Source: Squalus acanthias (Eukaryota). From it: a stretch of DNA of 64,000 nt. Below are positions 25,508 through 35,417 of this stretch, piece after piece (positions within the stretch are counted from its first letter, which is position 1; the number at the start of each line of letters is the position of its first letter). Both the position numbers and the translations under genes were made by a program. The stretch lies in contig JASTWF010000036.1 in assembly GCA_030390025.1 (NCBI GenBank), positions 1,364,001-1,428,000 of the forward strand, in the 5' to 3' direction. Under the pieces are notes generated by a model. That model was not told the origin of the DNA. It saw only the letters and a program-made list of their open reading frames with translations, and searched no databases.

Positions 25508-27502
25508 AAAAAATATATTCCACTGAAAAGAAAAGGGTGTAAAAGAAAGGACAGTCATCCGTGGCTAAGTAAAGAAATTAAGGATAGTATTCGACTAAAA
25601 ACAAGGGCATATAAGGTAGCGCAATCTAGTGGGAGGACAGAGGATTGGGAAAACTTTAAAAGGCAGCAAAAAATAACAAAAAGATTGATTAAGAAAGGGA
25701 AGATAGATTATGAAAGTAAATTAGCAAAAAATATAAAAACAGATAGTAAGAGTTTTTATAGTTATATAAAAAGAAAAAGGGTGGCTAAAGTAAATGTTGG
25801 TCCCTTAGAGGATGAGACCGGGAAATTAATGGTGGGAAATATGGAGATGGCAAAAACACTGAATGAATATTTTGTATCAGTCTTTACAGTAGAGGACACC
25901 AAGAATATCCCAACACTGGACAAACAGGGGGCTATAGGGGGAGAGGAGCTAAACACGATCAAAATCACTAAGGAAGTGGTACTCGGTAAAATAATGGGAC
26001 TCAAGGCGGATAAATCACCTGGACCTGATGGCTTACATCCTAGAGTCTTGAAGGAAGTGGCGGTAGGGATTGTAGATGCATTGGTAATAATTTTTCAAAA
26101 CTCCCTGGATTCCGCTAAGGTCCCGGCAGACTGGAAAACTGCTAATGTAACACCCTTATTTAAAAAGGGCAGTAGACAGAAGGCTGGTAACTATAGACCG
26201 GTTAGCCTAACATCTGTGGTAGGTAAAATTTTGGAGTCCATTATTAAGGAAACAGTAACAGGACATTTGGATAATCATAATTTAATAGGACAAAGTCAGC
26301 ATGGTTTTACGAAGGGGAAGTCATGTTTGACAAATTTGCTGGAGTTCTTTGAGGAAGTAACATATAGAGTGGATAAAGGGGAACCAGTGGACGTAGTGTA
26401 TTTAGACTTCCAAAAGGCATTTGACAAGGTGCCACACAAAAGATTATTGCTTAAGGTAAAAAATCACGGGATTGGGGGTAATATTCTGGCATGGATAGAG
26501 GATTGGCTATCTAACAGAAAGCAAAGAGTTGGGATAAATGGTTCATTCTCAGACTGGCAATCAGTAACTAGTGGTGTTCCACAGGGGTCAGTGCTGGGTC
26601 CCCAACTCTTCACAATCTATATTAACGATTTGGAGGAAGGGACCAAGTGTAACATATCAAAATTTGCAGATGATACAAAGATGGGAGGGAAAGTAGTGAG
26701 TGAGGAGGACATAAAAAACCTGCAAGGGGACATAGACAGGCTAAGTAAGTGGGCAGAGATTTGGCAGATGGAATACAACACTGGAAAGTGTGAGGTGATG
26801 CACTTTGGCAGGAAAAATCCTAGAGCAATTTATTATCTTAATGGCAAGAAACTGGAGAGTACTGAAGTGCAAAGGGATCTGGGGGTCCTGGTGCACGAAA
26901 CTCAAAAGGTTAGTATGCAGGTGCAGCAAGTGATTAAGAAGGCAAATGGAATGTTGGCTTTCATTGCTAGGGGGATAGAATATAAAAATAGGGAGGTATT
27001 GCTTCAGTTGTACAAGGTATTGGTGAGACCGCACCTGGAATACTGCATACAGTTTTGGTGTCCTTACTTAAGGAAAGACATCCTTGCTCTCGAGGCAGTG
27101 CAAAAAAGGTTCACTCGGTTAATCCCGGGGATGAGGGGGCGGTCATATGAGGAGAGGTTGGGTAGATTGGGACTCTACTCATTGGAGTTCAGAAGAATGA
27201 GAGGCGATCTTATTGAAACATATAAGATTGTGAAGGGGTTGGATCGGGTGGATGCGGGGAGGATGTTCCCGATGACGGGTGAGACGAGAACTAGGGGACA
27301 TAGTCTTAGAATAAGGGGCTGCTCTTTCAAAACTGAGATGAGGAGGAACTACTTCACTCAGAGGGTGGTAGGTCCATGGAATATGCTGCCACAAAAAGCT
27401 GTAGAAGCTACAACATTAATTAAATTTAAAACAGAAATAGACAGTTTCCTAGAAGTAAAGGGCATTAAGGGTTACGGGGAGCGGGCAGGAATTTGGACAT
27501 GA
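25508..27502 (+). CDS. CR1 ORF2, 5'-truncated but uninterrupted (linker, RT, C-terminus; no endonuclease)
   Basis: Frame open from 25508; motifs [43 protein letters not shown]. Confidence 0.95.
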   Translation, partial: KKYIPLKRKGCKRKDSHPWLSKEIKDSIRLKTRAYKVAQSSGRTEDWENFKRQQKITKRLIKKGKIDYESKLAKNIKTDSKSFYSYIKRKRVAKVNVGPLEDETGKLMVGNMEMAKTLNEYFVSVFTVEDTKNIPTLDKQGAIGGEELNTIKITKEVVLGKIMGLKADKSPGPDGLHPRVLKEVAVGIVDALVIIFQNSLDSAKVPADWKTANVTPLFKKGSRQKAGNYRPVSLTSVVGKILESIIKETVTGHLDNHNLIGQSQHGFTKGKSCLTNLLEFFEEVTYRVDKGEPVDVVYLDFQKAFDKVPHKRLLLKVKNHGIGGNILAWIEDWLSNRKQRVGINGSFSDWQSVTSGVPQGSVLGPQLFTIYINDLEEGTKCNISKFADDTKMGGKVVSEEDIKNLQGDIDRLSKWAEIWQMEYNTGKCEVMHFGRKNPRAIYYLNGKKLESTEVQRDLGVLVHETQKVSMQVQQVIKKANGMLAFIARGIEYKNREVLLQLYKVLVRPHLEYCIQFWCPYLRKDILALEAVQKRFTRLIPGMRGRSYEERLGRLGLYSLEFRRMRGDLIETYKIVKGLDRVDAGRMFPMTGETRTRGHSLRIRGCSFKTEMRRNYFTQRVVGPWNMLPQKAVEATTLIKFKTEIDSFLEVKGIKGYGERAGIWT

Positions 27503-28374
27503 GTCTTTATCCACAGTATATTCCGTATGTACGGAAACCCCACAAGCATGAATGGGAATACCCAAAAAAATACACCTAGACATCAAATAAATTTTAAAAA
27601 TTACATATTTAAAATTAATTAAAATTGCATTTAATTAAATATTTAAAACAAAAATTTAATTTTGTTGAATTTACATGTTTTAAAGGGGCTAAAAATAACC
27701 GTACCTTATTGCACAGGTTTTTTAATGTATAAATTAGTGATAAAATTTTATTTTTCTGTTTGTTAAAACTCTTACGCTGGTAAAAGAATTTCACGGGCAT
27801 TCGCTGGGCAGATAGCCCAACTCTTCGCCCGCAGATGCCCTTTTCCCGGGGATGCGTGCGATCTGTCAAGAGAATTCTTGACAGATCGCAAGTTCCGGGT
27901 TTTAGCGCATGCGCAGCGCATGCCTAAACCCGGAACCTGCGCGGCCCTTACGGGCGGGTACGCACCTCGTACGCACCCGTAGGGGCCGCAAATTACGGCC
28001 CAATATATTAGCGCCGTCTGCTCAATGGCTTCATGCTCAGAACTGAAAGAACAAGCTTGAGAAACAGAACTGAAGGCGTGCAATACTTTACAGCTGTGGT
28101 GAACCTGTCGATTTGATACTTATTAAACACTGTTTTCCCCAGCACTGTGTACAGAAGGAAAACAATAAGATTATATGATATATTTCAGAATGTTTCCAAT
28201 ATGGGAAAAAATCCCTCCAGTGTTAAAATAGCAGGCAAAATCAAAGTCTGAAAATGTAAAACGGAATGCTGTCTTACAAGCGATCCCAATCAATCTACAA
28301 TAAATAATTCAGGTCACCACATTTGTAAAAGGGTGTCGACATGTCCTTTGCATCGGTTTATCTTAATTAACTGT

Positions 28375-28742
28375 AACAACAACTTGTATTTATATAGCAC
28401 CTTTAACATCGTAAAACGTCCCAAGGCGCTTCACAGGAGTGTAATCAGACAAAAGCTTGACACCAAGCCACCTAAGGAGATACTGGGACAGGTGCAGGAG
28501 GTAGGTTTTAAGGAGAGGCAGAGAGATTTAGGGAGGGAATTCCAGAGCTTAGGGCCTGGACAGCTGAAGGCACGGCTGCCAATGGTGGGGCGAGGGGAGA
28601 GGGGGATGCGCAAGAGGCCAGATTTGGAGGAGCGCAGAGATGTCAGAGTGCTTTGTAGGGCTGGAGGAGGTTACAGAGATAGGGAGAAGTGAAGCCAGGG
28701 ACGGATTTGAACACGAGGATGAGAATTTTAAAATGAAGGCGT
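28375..28742 (-). mobile_element. L2 LINE 3' end
   Basis: Reverse complement of the L2 tail (caacaacttgtatttatatagcacctttaa); GSRAFSCPGPKLWNSLP. Confidence 0.85.
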
Positions 28743-28772
28743 ATCTGATGCAATAATCAACAAGAGAACAAA

Positions 28773-28902
28773 AGCAAAATACTGCGGATGCTGGAAATCT
28801 GAAATAAAAAGAGAAAATGCTGGAAATACTCAGCAGGTCAGGCAGCATCTGTGGAGAGAGAAACAGAGTTAATGTTTCAGGTCGATGGCCTTTCGTCAGA
28901 AC
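28773..28902 (-). mobile_element. Short Penelope-type terminal repeat (family 2) with minimal hammerhead motif
   Basis: Minus strand reads gtt-CTGACGA-a-aggcc-atc-gacct-GAAA-ca-tt-aact. Confidence 0.7.
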
Positions 28903-29555
28903 ATAAGAATTAGGAACAGGAGTCGGCCATACGGCCCCTCGAGCCTGCTCCACCATTCAATAAGATCATGGCTGATCATCGACCTCAACTCCACTTTCCT
29001 GCCCGATCCCCATATCCCTTGATTCCCCTTGAGTCCAAAAATCTATCGATCTCTGTCTTGAATATACTCCAACAGTTTTATTTGAAATCACGAGCTTTCG
29101 GAGCGCTGCTCCTTCGTCAGGTTACCTGACGAAGGAGCAGCGCTCCGAAAGCTCGTGATTTCAAATAAAACTGTTGGACTATAACCTGGTGTTGTGCGAC
29201 TTCTCATTTTTGTCCACCCCAGTCCAACACCGGCATCTCTGCATCTTGAATATACTCAATGACTGAGCATCCACAGCCCTCTGGGGTAGCGAATTCCAAA
29301 GATTCACAACCCTCTGAGTGAAGAAATTCCTCCTCATCTCAGTCCTAAAAGGCCGGCCCCTTATCCTGAGACTATGACCCCTAGTTCTAGACTCTCCAGC
29401 CAGGGGGGAAACAGCCTCTCAGCATCTACCCTGTCAATCCCCCTCAGACTCTTATATGTTTCAATGAGATCACCTCTCATTCTTCTAAACTCCAGAGAGT
29501 ATCGGCCCATTCTACACAATCTCTCATCATAGGACAGCCCTCTCATCCCAGGAAT
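28902..29555 (-). mobile_element. CR1 3' fragment interrupted at 29070-29243
   Basis: RRMRGDLIETYK plus 3' UTR and tail; sequence continuous across a 14-bp TSD. Confidence 0.9.
29070..29243 (+). mobile_element. Non-coding Penelope family-1 terminal copy with 5' inversion (perfect palindrome)
   Basis: 55-bp perfect inverted repeat (29068-29122 / 29124-29178); TSD tcttgaatatactc at 29056-29069 and 29244-29257; homologous to the 3' end of PLE 56840-57884. Confidence 0.9.
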
Positions 29556-30500
29556 GCAAGAGAATATGTACCTCTAGATTTAATTTTAATAAAGCACATA
29601 ATTGAATGTAGCTGCAAAGTGCATAATGTGTATATTTGATAGTCTGCGTCTTTTAATATTGAGAACGGAAAATATACAAGGGCAGATCATGCCACATCAG
29701 ACAGGTAGGTCAGAATTTCACACCCATTAATTTTAATGAATAGAAAATCCTGCAAGCCCAGTGACCTCCCCGCCTGACTTCCTGCCGTAGGTTCCTGGCA
29801 CGCAAAGCCTCACGTTGGAAAGTGAATTCATCCACCCTTCCCTCCGTATGTTGACGTGATTGACAATGTTTTCGATCCTGATGGCTATTTCCTTACTCAT
29901 TTCATTTCAATTCGAGGTTCATGCAAAGTCATGATTACTCCCCCCGCCCCCGGTCTCCCTATCACACACAGTGGGGGGGAAGGAGAGGCAGGGAACCACA
30001 CAGCACACTGGCTCCGTACCAATGGAGAGTCATCTATTTGTGAGCTCCCATTATCTCGCCCGGGGGACCATTAGAGAAAGAAAGAATTCGGGACGGTCCA
30101 AAGTGCTTTGCAGCTTTTGAGGTGTAGTCACTGTTGTAATGTGGGGAAATGTACATCAACCTCCGTTACGTCTTGTCCGACACTGACCCTCGAGCACAGA
30201 ACGCTGAAATTGTGATATCAGTTGCTTTGTTGGACCTGAAACCATTGTGTTCCATACAGTGAATTTCACACCATTATTTATTGATCATCTGTCTGTCATG
30301 TTGCACATTGCAGTCATTCATATTTCATTAAAGCACTTCATTTAAATATGAAATACACCATTATTAAAGTCTTTCCCTTCTCCTAACAGGGCTGTATGTG
30401 AGTTAATAACACTGTTTTCATTTCTGTTTTTTTCTCCTACCATGCAGTTCTGCTAGAGTTGCCCATGATTGAGCTTTTTAACAAGGCTTCTTAGAGTCTT

Positions 30501-31388
30501 GGGGGGAGAAATTCAGTATCACCCCATTTGGGGCGCAATTATCGGCCGGGCGCAAAGATTAGCGCCTGGCGCTAATTATCGCCTCCGACTGCAAACTTGA
30601 CTTTTATCGCCCCTGGAGGTGATTGGAGCGCTAAATCAGGCGCTTCACACCTGTCTTAAGGCGCAAAGGCCGAGGAGCGAGGCGCTAACTCAGAGCGCTG
30701 GCAAAGCTCATGTGATGTCAGTCAGCAATGGAACACAGACACAATGGCGCCGGCCAGTTCTTAAAGGGGAGGGTTGATCTGGCTTTCCATCCACATCCTG
30801 CTCATTGCAGCCTTGAATCTCGGCCTGGAGAGACCTGTATATCAAATCTGCTGGAAAGAACAATGGAGAGAACCAGGGAAAAAGCTCAGAGTGCAACCCC
30901 CACAGTCTCTTCTAAATCGATACAAGGAAAGGCAAATCAAAATGAACCTGCAAAGTGCTGCTCAGTACCCAAAACTCCTTCACACAGCGTTGAATCTCTC
31001 CAGAAGTCTCTCTCTCTCTCAGAATGCGTGGTTCAAAAATGTCACCAACAAAAAAAGGCAGGAAGCGGTCGCCTTTAAATAGCGCTCCCCCAGTCCCTTC
31101 CTGACTGCAAAACGCTCCCCTCAACCTGTCGTTGCTAGCGGCAGGCGGTAAGGCAGGGGCGCCACTCAATATCCGCTGCGGGGCGCTACCGGGGCGTTGC
31201 GCACTTGACTGATGTCACGATCTGCGGCACAGGAGATCGTGGCGGTAGTGTTTAGGGCCGCCGCAAAATGTCTAGTTAATTTCGCAAGAGGCGCAAACAT
31301 TGCCGCGCCCGGGCGCCAGTTGCTTTGCGCCCCATTAGCGCCCTCTTAAGGCGCTAATGGGAGGTGCAACCAACTGAATTTTTCCCCC
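30501..31388. mobile_element. GC-rich MITE (PIF/Harbinger-like)
   Basis: TIRs ggggagaaattcag / ctgaatttttcccc; sub-terminal blocks shared with 53599-54345. Confidence 0.75.
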
Positions 31389-32843
31389 ATAGAGTCATAC
31401 AGCACAGAAAGAGGCCCTTTGGCCCATCGTGTCTGCGCCGGCCATCAAGCCCTGCCTATTCTAATCCCATTTTCCAGCACTTGGTCCGTAGCCTTGTATG
31501 CTATGGCGTTTCAAGTGCTCATCTAAATGCTTCTTGAATGTTGAGGGTTCCTGCCTCTACCACCCTTTCAGGCAGTGAGTTCCAGATTCCAACCACCCTC
31601 TGGGTGAAAAAGTTTTTCCTCAAATCCCCTCTAAACCTCCTGCCCCTTACCTTGAAACTATGCCCCCTGGTTATTGACCCCTCTACTAAGGGGAAAAGTT
31701 CCTTTCTATCTACCCTATCTATGCCCCTCATAATTTTGTACACCTCAATCAGGTCCCCCCTCAGCCTTCTCTGCTCCAAGGAAAACAAACCCAGCCTGTC
31801 CAGTCTCTCTTCATAGCTGAAGCGCTCCAGCCCAGGTAACATCCTGGTGAATCTCCTCTGCACCCTCTCCAATGCAATCACATCCTTCCTATAGTGTGGC
31901 GACCAGAACTGCACACAGTATTCCAGCTGTGGCCTAACTAGCATTTTGTACAGCTCCATCATAACCTCCCTGCTCTTATATTCTATGCCTCGGCTAATGA
32001 AGGCAAGTGTCCCATATGCCTTTTTAATCACCTTATCTACCTGTCCTGCTGCCTTCAGGCATCTATGTACATGCACACCAAGGTCCCTCTGATCCTCTGT
32101 CCTTCCAAGGGTCCGACCATTCATTGTGTATTCCCTTGCCTTGTTAATCCTCCCAAAATTCATCACCTCACACTTTTCAGGGTTAAATTCCATTTGCCAC
32201 TGTTCTGCCCATCTGACCAACCCGTCTATATCGTCCTGTAGCCTGAGGCTTCCCTCCTCGCTATTTACCACTCCACCAATTTTCGTGTCATCTGCGAACT
32301 TACTGATCATACCTCCTACATTCGTATCTAAATCATTAATGTACACTACAAACAGCAAAGGACCCAGTACCGATCCCTGCGGTACACCACTGGACACAGG
32401 CTTCCAGTCACAAAAACAACCTTCGACCATCACCCTCTGCCTCCTGCCACTAAGCCAATTTTGGATCCAATGTGCCAAATTGCCCTGGATCCCATGGGCT
32501 CTTATCTTCTTGACCAGTCTCCCATGTGGGACTTTGTCAAAAGCCTTACTGAAGTCCATGTAGACTACATCAACTGCACTACCCTCATCCACGCACCTAG
32601 TCACCCCCTCGAAAAATTCAATCAAATTGGTTAGACATGATCTCCCCCTGACAAAGCCATGCTGACTATCCTTGATTAATCCTCGCCTCTCCAAGTGGAG
32701 ACTAATTCTGTCCTTCAGAATTTTTTCCAATAATTTCCCTACCACTGATGTTAGGCTCACTGGCCTGTAATTCCCTGGTTTATCCCTACTACCCTTCTTG
32801 AATAATGGTACTACGTTAGCTGTCCTCCAGTCCTCTGGCACCT

Positions 32844-32971
32844 TCACCTGAGGAAGGAGCGACAGCTCCGAAAGCTTGTGATTTCAAATAAAACTGTTGG
32901 ACTATAACCTGGTGTTGTGCGACCTCTCAATTTTGTCCACCCCAGTCCAACACCGGCATCTCCGCATCATG
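32844..32971 (+). mobile_element. 128-bp non-coding Penelope family-1 terminal copy starting at the hammerhead motif
   Basis: Interrupts CR1 ORF2 between LATGE and VPEDW; 4-bp TSD acct (32840-32843, 32972-32975). Confidence 0.85.
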
Positions 32972-33628
32972 ACCTCCCCTGTGGCCAGAGAGGTTCTGAA
33001 AATTTGTGTCAGAGCCCCTGCAATCTCCTCCCTTGCCTCACACAGCAGCCTGGGATACATCTCATCTGGGCCTGGGGATTTATCCACTTTTAAGCCTGCT
33101 AAAACTGCTAGTACCTCCTCCCTCTCAATACTAATTTGTTCAAGTATATCACAATCCCCCTGCCTGATTTCTATGCCTACATCGTCCTTCTCCATAGTGA
33201 ACACAGATGCAAAATATTCATTTAAAACCTCACCCACATCTTCTGGCTCTACACACATTTGGTCCCTAATGGGCCCTACTCTTTCCCTGGTTATCCTCTT
33301 GCCCTTAATATACTTATAAAACACCTTGGGATTTTCCTTTATTTTGCCCGCCAGTGTTTTTTCATGCCCCCTCTTTGCTCTCCTCATTTCTTTTTTAAGT
33401 ACCCCCCTGCACTTTAGAGTCATAGAGTTATACAGCACGGATAGAGGCCCTTCGGCCCATCGTGTCCGCACCGGCCATCAAGCCCTGTCGAATCTAATCC
33501 CATATTCCAGCATTTGGTCCGTAGCCTTGTATGCTATGGCATTTCAAGTGCTCATCCAAATGCTTCTTGAATGTTAAAAATGAGAAGTCGCACAACACCA
33601 GGTTATAGTCCAACAGATTTATTTAATT

Positions 33629-33666
33629 TTACAAGCTTTCGGAGCTGTCGCTCCTTCCTCAGGTAA
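33629..33666 (-). ncRNA. Putative minimal hammerhead ribozyme in PLE 3' region
   Basis: UUAC-CUGAGGA-A-GGAGC-GACA-GCUCC-GAAA-GC-UU-GUAA. Confidence 0.7.
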
Positions 33667-33899
33667 GTTAGCAGTGAGAGAATCTCCCAGAATTCACAAT
33701 TTAAACACAGACAAAATCTATTCAAATCTTTCCCTATATCAAAGACACACTAAGAGCACAGCCAAGACAATGAGATGTGTCCCAGGGGGTCCAACGTGTC
33801 AAACCACCTGCTGGCTGCATATCCTGTCAATTTGTGTTGGTTCTTGTGTTAGTCTTTTTTAAAAAAAAAACACCTGGGAAGACCGGCCATGATGTCAAG

Positions 33900-35417
33900 T
33901 CACGTTCTGTATCGTGACATGAACCCGATATTGCGATTGAGGCCATCCTCATGAGTGCGGAACTTGGCTATCAGTTTCTGCTCTATGATTTTGCGCTGTC
34001 GTGTATCCCGAAGGCCGCCCTGGAGAACGCTTACCCGCAGATCCGAGGCTGAATGCCCCTGGCTGCTGAAGTGTTCCCCGACTGGGAGGGAACCCTCCTG
34101 CCTGGCGATTGTTGCGCAGTGTCCGTTCATACGTTGTCTCAGTGTCTGCATGGTCTCGCCGATGTACCATGCTCTGGAGCATCCTTTACTGCAACGTATC
34201 AGGTAGACAACGTTGGCCGAGTCACATGAGTATGTACCGTGTACCTGGTGGGTAGTGTCCTCACGTGTGATGATGGTATCTGTGTCCATGATTTGGCATG
34301 TCTTGCAGAGGTTGCCGTGGCAGGGTTGTGTGGTGTCTTGGTTGCTGTTCTCCTGAAAGATGGGTAATCTGCTGCGAACGATGGTACTTTTGAGGTTAGG
34401 CGGCTGCTTGAAGGCGAGTAGTGGAGGCGTGGGGATGGCCTTAGCAAGGTGTTCGTCGTCATCGATGACATGTTGAAGGCTGCGAAGAACATGGCGTAGT
34501 TTTTCCGCTCCGGGGAAGTACTGGACGACGTAGGGTACTCTGTTGGTTGTGTCCCGTGTTCGTCTTCTGAGGAGGTCTATGCGGTTTTTCGCTGTGGCCT
34601 GTCGGAACTGTCGATCGACGAGTCGAGCGTCATATCCCGTTCTTACGAGGGCGTCTTTCAGTGTCCGTAGGTGTCCATCGCGTTCCTCCTCGTCTGAGCA
34701 GATCCTGTGTATTCGCAGGGCTTGTCCATAGGGGATGGCTTCTTTAACGTGGTTAGGGTGGAAGCTGGAGAAGTGGAGCATCGTGAGGTTGTCCGTGGGC
34801 TTGCGGTAGAGTGAAGTGCTGAGGCGTCCGTCTTTGATGGAGATTCGTGTGTCCAAGAATGAAACCGATTCTGAGGAGTAGTCCATGGTGAGTTTGATGG
34901 TGGGATGGAACCTGTTGATGCTATCGTGTAGTCCTTTCAGTGATCCTTCGCCGTGGGTCCAAAGGAAGAAGATGTCGTCGATGTATCTGGTGTACAGCGT
35001 TGGTTGGAGGTCCTGTGCAGCGAAGAAGTCTTGCTTGAACTTGTGCATGAAGATGTTGGCGTATTGGGGTGCGAATTTGGTCCCCATGGCTGTTCCGTGT
35101 GTTTGGGTAAAAAAATGGTTGTCGAAGGTGAAGACATTGTGGTCAAGGATGAAGCGGATGAGTTGTAGGATGGCGTCCGGAGATTGGCTGTTGTTGGTGT
35201 TGAGTACTGAGGCTGTCGCAGCGATGCCGTCATTGTGGGGGATATTGGTGTAGAGTGCCGATACGTCCATCGTGACGAGGAGTGTTCCTGGTTCAACTGG
35301 TCCATGGGTGCTAAGTTTCTGCAAGAAGTCTGTAGTGTCGCGACAGAAGCTGGGGGTTCCCTGTACGATGGGTTTCAGGATGCCCTCGACGTACCCAGAG
35401 AGGTTCTCACACAGGGT
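33900..35417 (-). CDS. Penelope-like RT plus GIY-YIG endonuclease (N-terminally truncated, uninterrupted)
   Basis: MDVSALYTNIP, GTAMGT, RYIDD, YRKPT; Cys-rich linker PCHGNLCKTC; NVVYLIRC...WYIGET...RMNGH...DGLN. Confidence 0.95.
   Translation of the reverse strand, partial: TLCENLSGYVEGILKPIVQGTPSFCRDTTDFLQKLSTHGPVEPGTLLVTMDVSALYTNIPHNDGIAATASVLNTNNSQSPDAILQLIRFILDHNVFTFDNHFFTQTHGTAMGTKFAPQYANIFMHKFKQDFFAAQDLQPTLYTRYIDDIFFLWTHGEGSLKGLHDSINRFHPTIKLTMDYSSESVSFLDTRISIKDGRLSTSLYRKPTDNLTMLHFSSFHPNHVKEAIPYGQALRIHRICSDEEERDGHLRTLKDALVRTGYDARLVDRQFRQATAKNRIDLLRRRTRDTTNRVPYVVQYFPGAEKLRHVLRSLQHVIDDDEHLAKAIPTPPLLAFKQPPNLKSTIVRSRLPIFQENSNQDTTQPCHGNLCKTCQIMDTDTIITREDTTHQVHGTYSCDSANVVYLIRCSKGCSRAWYIGETMQTLRQRMNGHCATIARQEGSLPVGEHFSSQGHSASDLRVSVLQGGLRDTRQRKIIEQKLIAKFRTHEDGLNRNIGFMSRYRT

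Larger units (their letters stand above)
24477..28001. mobile_element. GC-rich MITE (PIF/Harbinger-like) split by two CR1 fragments
   Basis: Imperfect TIRs ggccctgaattagtgg / ccgcaaattacggccc; TSD AAT (24474-24476, 28002-28004); internal blocks shared with 42127-42893. Confidence 0.75.
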
